From the NCBI GenBank assembly GCA_963795085.1, contig CAWCFX010000004.1, forward strand, positions 224,001-288,000: a DNA stretch of 64,000 nt, given 5' to 3'. Every line of letters starts with the position of its first letter. Positions within the stretch are counted from its first letter, which is position 1. Origin of the DNA: an uncultured Gemmatimonadales bacterium (GTDB taxonomy: Bacteria > Gemmatimonadota > Gemmatimonadetes > Gemmatimonadales > GWC2-71-9). Shown piece by piece: positions 63,731 through 64,000 of this stretch. Position numbers and translations under genes: made by a program. The notes beneath the pieces were generated by a model. The model was given only the letters and a program-made list of their open reading frames with translations. It was not told the DNA's origin and made no database searches.

Positions 63731-64000
63731 GGCTGTCTCGGTGATTGAGGGGTCATCAGGCGACGGACCAGGAAGGCCAGGCTCAGGGTGGCCAGAACGG
63801 ACCAGATGGGCACTGCCTTGACCGGCGATTCCAGGAAGGTCCCGGGGACCACGGCGACCCACGCGGTCACCATTCCGGCCCGAACCCGGACCAGGCGAAG
63901 GGGTTCACCAGTGCGATCACCCGATGCCTGGACGCGGGTGGTGCCCGCGATGACGATCAGCCAGGCAGCGGCGATCAACCCGGCGGCCACCAGCGGCAGC
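63727..64000 (-). CDS. membrane protein, C-terminal part (5' end beyond the window)
   Basis: Hydrophobic open frame ending in a stop that overlaps the deacylase ATG; no stop up to the window edge. Confidence 0.55.
   Translation of the reverse strand, partial: LPLVAAGLIAAAWLIVIAGTTRVQASGDRTGEPLRLVRVRAGMVTAWVAVVPGTFLESPVKAVPIWSVLATLSLAFLVRRLMTPQSPRQP

Overview
GC-rich bacterial chromosomal window, densely coding (~60 CDS). The gene repertoire (Hanks-type kinases with TPR or TolB-like tails, a TIGR02999-type ECF sigma next to a kinase, MASE1 hybrid histidine kinases) suggests Gemmatimonadota; this taxon call is inference only. Housekeeping and metabolic content: holA (partial), an M16 peptidase pair, a beta-CASP nuclease, upp, tRNA-Phe(GAA), rsmD, a solA-like oxidase plus an ornithine-cyclodeaminase-family gene, a mycobacterial Sdh1-like (type F) succinate dehydrogenase operon, a TPP riboswitch with thiC, hsp20, a saccharopine/carboxyspermidine-dehydrogenase-like gene with an aldehyde dehydrogenase, an MscS-porin-CPA1 cluster, PP2C, a PQQ-like propeller and a Tat-exported D-aminoacylase. 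I saw no integrase, transposase, CRISPR array or prophage. The most interesting signals are non-coding and were folded by eye only: (1) a four-way-junction leader at 50525-50653 whose loop is complementary to the ribosome-binding site of a putative polyamine operon (candidate new riboswitch), (2) a ~200-nt nested structured element at 9921-10117 next to upp, and (3) a second structured element at 50802-50957. Also seen: three sigma54 promoters, two operator systems upstream of HTH regulators, and a recurring leaderless-mRNA signature. All product calls come from motif recognition, with no database searches.
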